Position numbers and translations under genes: made by a program. Below are positions 61,501 to 64,000 of a stretch of 64,000 nucleotides of DNA, one piece after another. The first letter of the stretch is position 1, and every line of letters begins with the position of its first letter. This stretch comes from Nemertoderma westbladi (lineage: Eukaryota > Animalia > Xenacoelomorpha): the NCBI GenBank assembly GCA_032718475.1, contig JAUCBJ010001123.1, positions 1 through 64,000 on the forward strand. Reading direction: 5' to 3'. The notes below the pieces were generated by a model that was not told the origin of the DNA, ran no database searches, and worked only from the letters and a program-made list of their open reading frames with translations.

Positions 61501-62550
61501 TTGTCTATTTTTTCCAAACTTAATTTTATATTTATTATTACTTTTAGGATCAATGTAGTTTATGTTTGGCGTCGGGCCAGGGTTCTTGTGAACATCTCCA
61601 GCACGGTTTATTATAGTTATGATGGTGTGCGAAATAATAATAATATCTGTAATATAAAATATATATCGCATGAAAATAATAATATAACATTTTATGAAAA
61701 CAAATGTATTTCTTTTCATAATTTGTCTTACTGAATTGCGTTCTTTGTTTGTAATTTTGTGTCCTAGTTTCGAGTGATGTCTTTTTTGTATTCCTATTAT
61801 ATTCGTTTGCCAAGCTGAGTAAATTAATATTAAAATTATTAGCCGTTGTGGCGAATATGTATTGTAATGCTGTGAACGTAGTATTACAATATATGTCACT
61901 ATAGTAGTTATGAATAAGAGTGTGAAATGTACAAATGGACTTCCCGCAAAGAAATGGCAGTTAATATTTATTTTTATTTTTATATTAAGGGAGATGTGTA
62001 TCAAGTTACCAATTAATGCATATAAAAATATAAATCTGTAATTATTTTTGTTACCTGATACAACACGGCTTATATGACATTTTTTATTAAAATAATTATA
62101 TATTTCAGAAAAATATTTTGGGTAAAATTTTGGGTAAAATGCTTCATAAATTGCCGCATATTGAATTATGTATCCTATTTTATAAATGGTGCTAATGACA
62201 GTTGCCAGGTACTGGTGGCTAACGAGGAAGATCAAAATAACTATAAAATAATCAATAACACAGTATTTATCATCAATAAGAGATTGTACTTGTACATGGG
62301 ATCTGTATGAGTACAATGTGGGCAATCGAAATTGTGTACCGGTACCGGTAATGCTGCTTGTGCGGTTATTACATACATTTAAAGAAATTATATCGCAATA
62401 ATTGGACCGGTAGATACATGTACCGGTATATATTTGAATATTATTTTTGCAGTAAAATAGTAAAATTACCATAAAAGGAAAAATAAAATTTATCATTGGA
62501 TGATAAACGAACATTATAAAATGGTCATTTCGTTTGATATTATTAATCAA
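58561..62550 (-). CDS. LINE ORF2: hydrophobic leader, 2A-like motif, APE endonuclease, reverse transcriptase
   Basis: NARS, TESWL, GDFN and SDH (APE); YRPIS, QFGFR, DLSKAFD, GIPQG, YADD and KYLG (RT). True start uncertain. Confidence 0.93.
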   Translation of the reverse strand: MINNIKRNDHFIMFVYHPMINFIFPFMVILLFYCKNNIQIYTGTCIYRSNYCDIISLNVCNNRTSSITGTGTQFRLPTLYSYRSHVQVQSLIDDKYCVIDYFIVILIFLVSHQYLATVISTIYKIGYIIQYAAIYEAFYPKFYPKYFSEIYNYFNKKCHISRVVSGNKNNYRFIFLYALIGNLIHISLNIKIKININCHFFAGSPFVHFTLLFITTIVTYIVILRSQHYNTYSPQRLIILILIYSAWQTNIIGIQKRHHSKLGHKITNKERNSVRQIMKRNTFVFIKCYIIIFMRYIFYITDIIIISHTIITIINRAGDVHKNPGPTPNINYIDPKSNNKYKIKFGKNRQHLNNVRDYLLENKNQTKFLLLNARSIVKNYSELKDILTSIDDNLIIGVTESWLKKNVPNRSVKLAGYNLYRADRRNKKGGGVLIYIPDSVNHQVRADIKLTKTTNKYDSIWIEVSNEFIVGLVYSPPKNSSLFINQFNDELESAINSTSKKIVIMGDFNINILNSTDKKVEDFKTILGQYGLSIADEKNPTRYGKTIDTLLDLFITSFSLDRTESNTFPCYFSDHEFVTFKINSKLNKMNASNTGNWVSYRDYSSFSEKMFLSDINKIDWTNVYQHNDINLAFNLFEDVLEKIIEKHAPIKRKLMKQRHNQNNKNTNRPWWNDKLEELQNKKSQSMVNWRRTKLDSDFGIFKFNRNKFNNANRAAKNKFIKSKFISESSSRKKWKIINNILNKESPSCKIHSLRDEKLKRIINKPIAMASLFNKTYLNLGNFLGLQDIPYEPSKKHQDLINNFSFKNIDAITVSDIISKLNENKSPGPSKVPPKIIKLISPKIIFIMTHLINQSITKSQFPDRLKLAEVTPVYKKGDKEIPENYRPISVTSSFAKIYERVIYIQLITYITKNKLLPSKQFGFRKSFSTKDAIIYATENWRSKLDEGNHVAVASLDLSKAFDSLNHHILLLKLKEIGLHSTAVSLMKDYLCQRKQRVKLNGNFSSWEQTERGIPQGTLLGPLMFLIYVNEIAESEDLNIIQYADDTLIFASGPDPIAATQTLSSRILKIDSTFSSLKMQLNPEKTEFILITPHSRTNEIEKINLHIGKATVKQSSQFKYLGIIIDNKITWKPQIKLIAEKMTHAVSCLRLIKGQLPTNTKLTVYKATVLPLHNYCCEIITPLHMTHGYKELLYGLDKIQNYGLRTVYCKKIRDATGTELRTKAKLPHLQALRNFYVLKYFFKYFFDLSTPFKNLSIAFLKNSKKQNKNINKRTFRIKVPKTKFGYNSVMVSCTRLWNSLNLNIRETKSYSKFTNKLKKEFYKMYSRDDIT

Positions 62551-62621
62551 TTAGTTTGCCTCTAGCTAAAAATAAAAGATGATGAGCATTGTATAAAGAA
62601 TATATAAATGAATATATATAT

Positions 62622-64000
62622 TTAGACACTGATATTACCGTGGGCTGTGATGGCCCTTATTAGGGCTATTGCCGAATCAACTAACGGGTTACCGGCGTTG
62701 CTGTTCAGCCCTCTGTCCGAACTAACTGTGTTGGATTGATTTGCCGCACAAAAGTCAAAATAATAGGGCTGATCGAATTGTCGATGCGGTGTAGCGATGA
62801 ATGGTTGATGGATATTCCGGTACATTGCCGTGGGTTGTTGCAAGTTGGTCGATTTACGAGGGTACTCATGGTGGAATTGCTGCGTATCTGCAGGTGTAGG
62901 ATGATATTTCCACGCAGATGCCGGGGGCAATTGCCTGTTATGTTGCAAGCGATAATTTCCTCCCCCTCTATTCATCAGAGGTGGTTGGGGGTAGGAAGTT
63001 TGTTTAAATTGATGCGGGTTCGGGCAGCGATATTCGGACGGAACGGAACTATTCGTCTGCTGCTTGTGTGCGTGAGGTCCATGTATTTGCAGCTTTATAT
63101 TTCTCGCAAGTATTCCAATATATTTTGCGGCGATATGTTTGGTGTCAAATAAGTGTGATTTTTTAATATTCGACTGCTCAACCAATCTAACACCGACCTT
63201 TTGACATAGCTTCCGGATTTCTCCGTTGATTGCGTCTACATTGACATCCGAACGAGTGATGATCTCAGAAACGTGGATATCGCAAAGAGGCCACTTTTTG
63301 CGAATAGTCTCGATACTTTCGTGTGTATTATTTATTATTAAAGAGGTATTATGATTTTCGGGATTGAAGTCATTAGTCCCCGTTTGGATATACACATGGT
63401 TGATTTTATTTGAAAATTTATTTATAGAGGACGTAGTATTCCGTAGGAGGTCGCCCGTTGTGGCACAGGGAACCATGCGGGCTGCCCGGTCAATTTTGCG
63501 CGGATATATATACTTCCGGTTACTATCCATGAATAGCAGGGTAGTAACTCTGTTATCTTTGTCTTCCGTTGGTGTAACCCTGATAAATTCGGTGGTATCG
63601 GTATCAATATCAATGACTGTCGGTGTTTCTGCGGTAGTACCGGAATTCGATTGAGTATGAGAACCGTTACCCGTAATTATTTGGTTTGAATCTGGCTGTT
63701 CCAACTCCTGTATAATTTCTGAATCAGATTGCCCAGCATCTGGATATCCCGATGCATGGTCGCATTGACCAGGAGTTAGCTGGGTTTTGTTATCGGTATA
63801 GGTCGTGGCAGTAGAACAGAGGCTAGATTCGACTATGCGCTCGAGATTATTAATGCGCATCATGTCGCCTCGCCGTATCTCTTTTACCTGGGCAAGTTCG
63901 AGTTCTACCGTAGCCAGACGATCAAGTAATCGGCTATATAATTCCAGACATTGAGCCCCATCATGTACGCCAGGTGTATGAGGGCTACCGGTACATGACG
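62622..64000 (-). CDS. LINE ORF1 with coiled-coil and SGNH esterase-like domain (5'-partial)
   Basis: FMDSN, TGTND and DTKH blocks; the frame stays open upstream of 63863 to the window edge (LLDRLATVELELAQVKE). Confidence 0.85.
   Translation of the reverse strand, partial: SCTGSPHTPGVHDGAQCLELYSRLLDRLATVELELAQVKEIRRGDMMRINNLERIVESSLCSTATTYTDNKTQLTPGQCDHASGYPDAGQSDSEIIQELEQPDSNQIITGNGSHTQSNSGTTAETPTVIDIDTDTTEFIRVTPTEDKDNRVTTLLFMDSNRKYIYPRKIDRAARMVPCATTGDLLRNTTSSINKFSNKINHVYIQTGTNDFNPENHNTSLIINNTHESIETIRKKWPLCDIHVSEIITRSDVNVDAINGEIRKLCQKVGVRLVEQSNIKKSHLFDTKHIAAKYIGILARNIKLQIHGPHAHKQQTNSSVPSEYRCPNPHQFKQTSYPQPPLMNRGGGNYRLQHNRQLPPASAWKYHPTPADTQQFHHEYPRKSTNLQQPTAMYRNIHQPFIATPHRQFDQPYYFDFCAANQSNTVSSDRGLNSNAGNPLVDSAIALIRAITAHGNISV

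Larger units (their letters stand above)
58256..64000 (-). mobile_element. CR1/L2-group LINE; 5' end lies beyond the window
   Basis: ORF1 with esterase motifs; intact APE-RT ORF2; 3' UTR with AATAAA and (ATT)n tail at 58256-58279. Confidence 0.93.

Overview
AT-rich eukaryotic (probably small invertebrate) repeat-dense DNA with no recognisable host gene. The centrepiece is a full-length 15.8-kb BEL/Pao LTR retrotransposon (15056-30810; 1899-bp near-identical LTRs; TSD TTAAT) with several unusual traits. Its LTR termini are TA...TA. It has no tRNA primer-binding site; instead the PBS position is complementary (11+7 nt) to a sequence inside its own LTR, which suggests Tf1-like self-priming. Each LTR carries a tRNA-like Pol III cassette, and a 20-nt palindromic motif is dispersed 9 times through the internal region. 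Two extra ORFs follow pol. One encodes a triple-CCHC zinc-knuckle protein whose homolog lies at the same position in a second, diverged LTR element at the left edge (1-3844). The rest of the window holds solo LTRs, MITEs, a P-like transposase relic, Helentron-like non-autonomous elements, a CRE-like RLE fragment and a CR1/L2-group LINE (esterase ORF1; 2A-like/APE/RT ORF2). There are three large satellites (39, 30 and 45 bp units), two of which can be traced to transposon sequence. A back-to-back SMART/ULI adapter at 50194-50246 marks a probable assembly chimera. The long ORFs in the satellites are artefacts.
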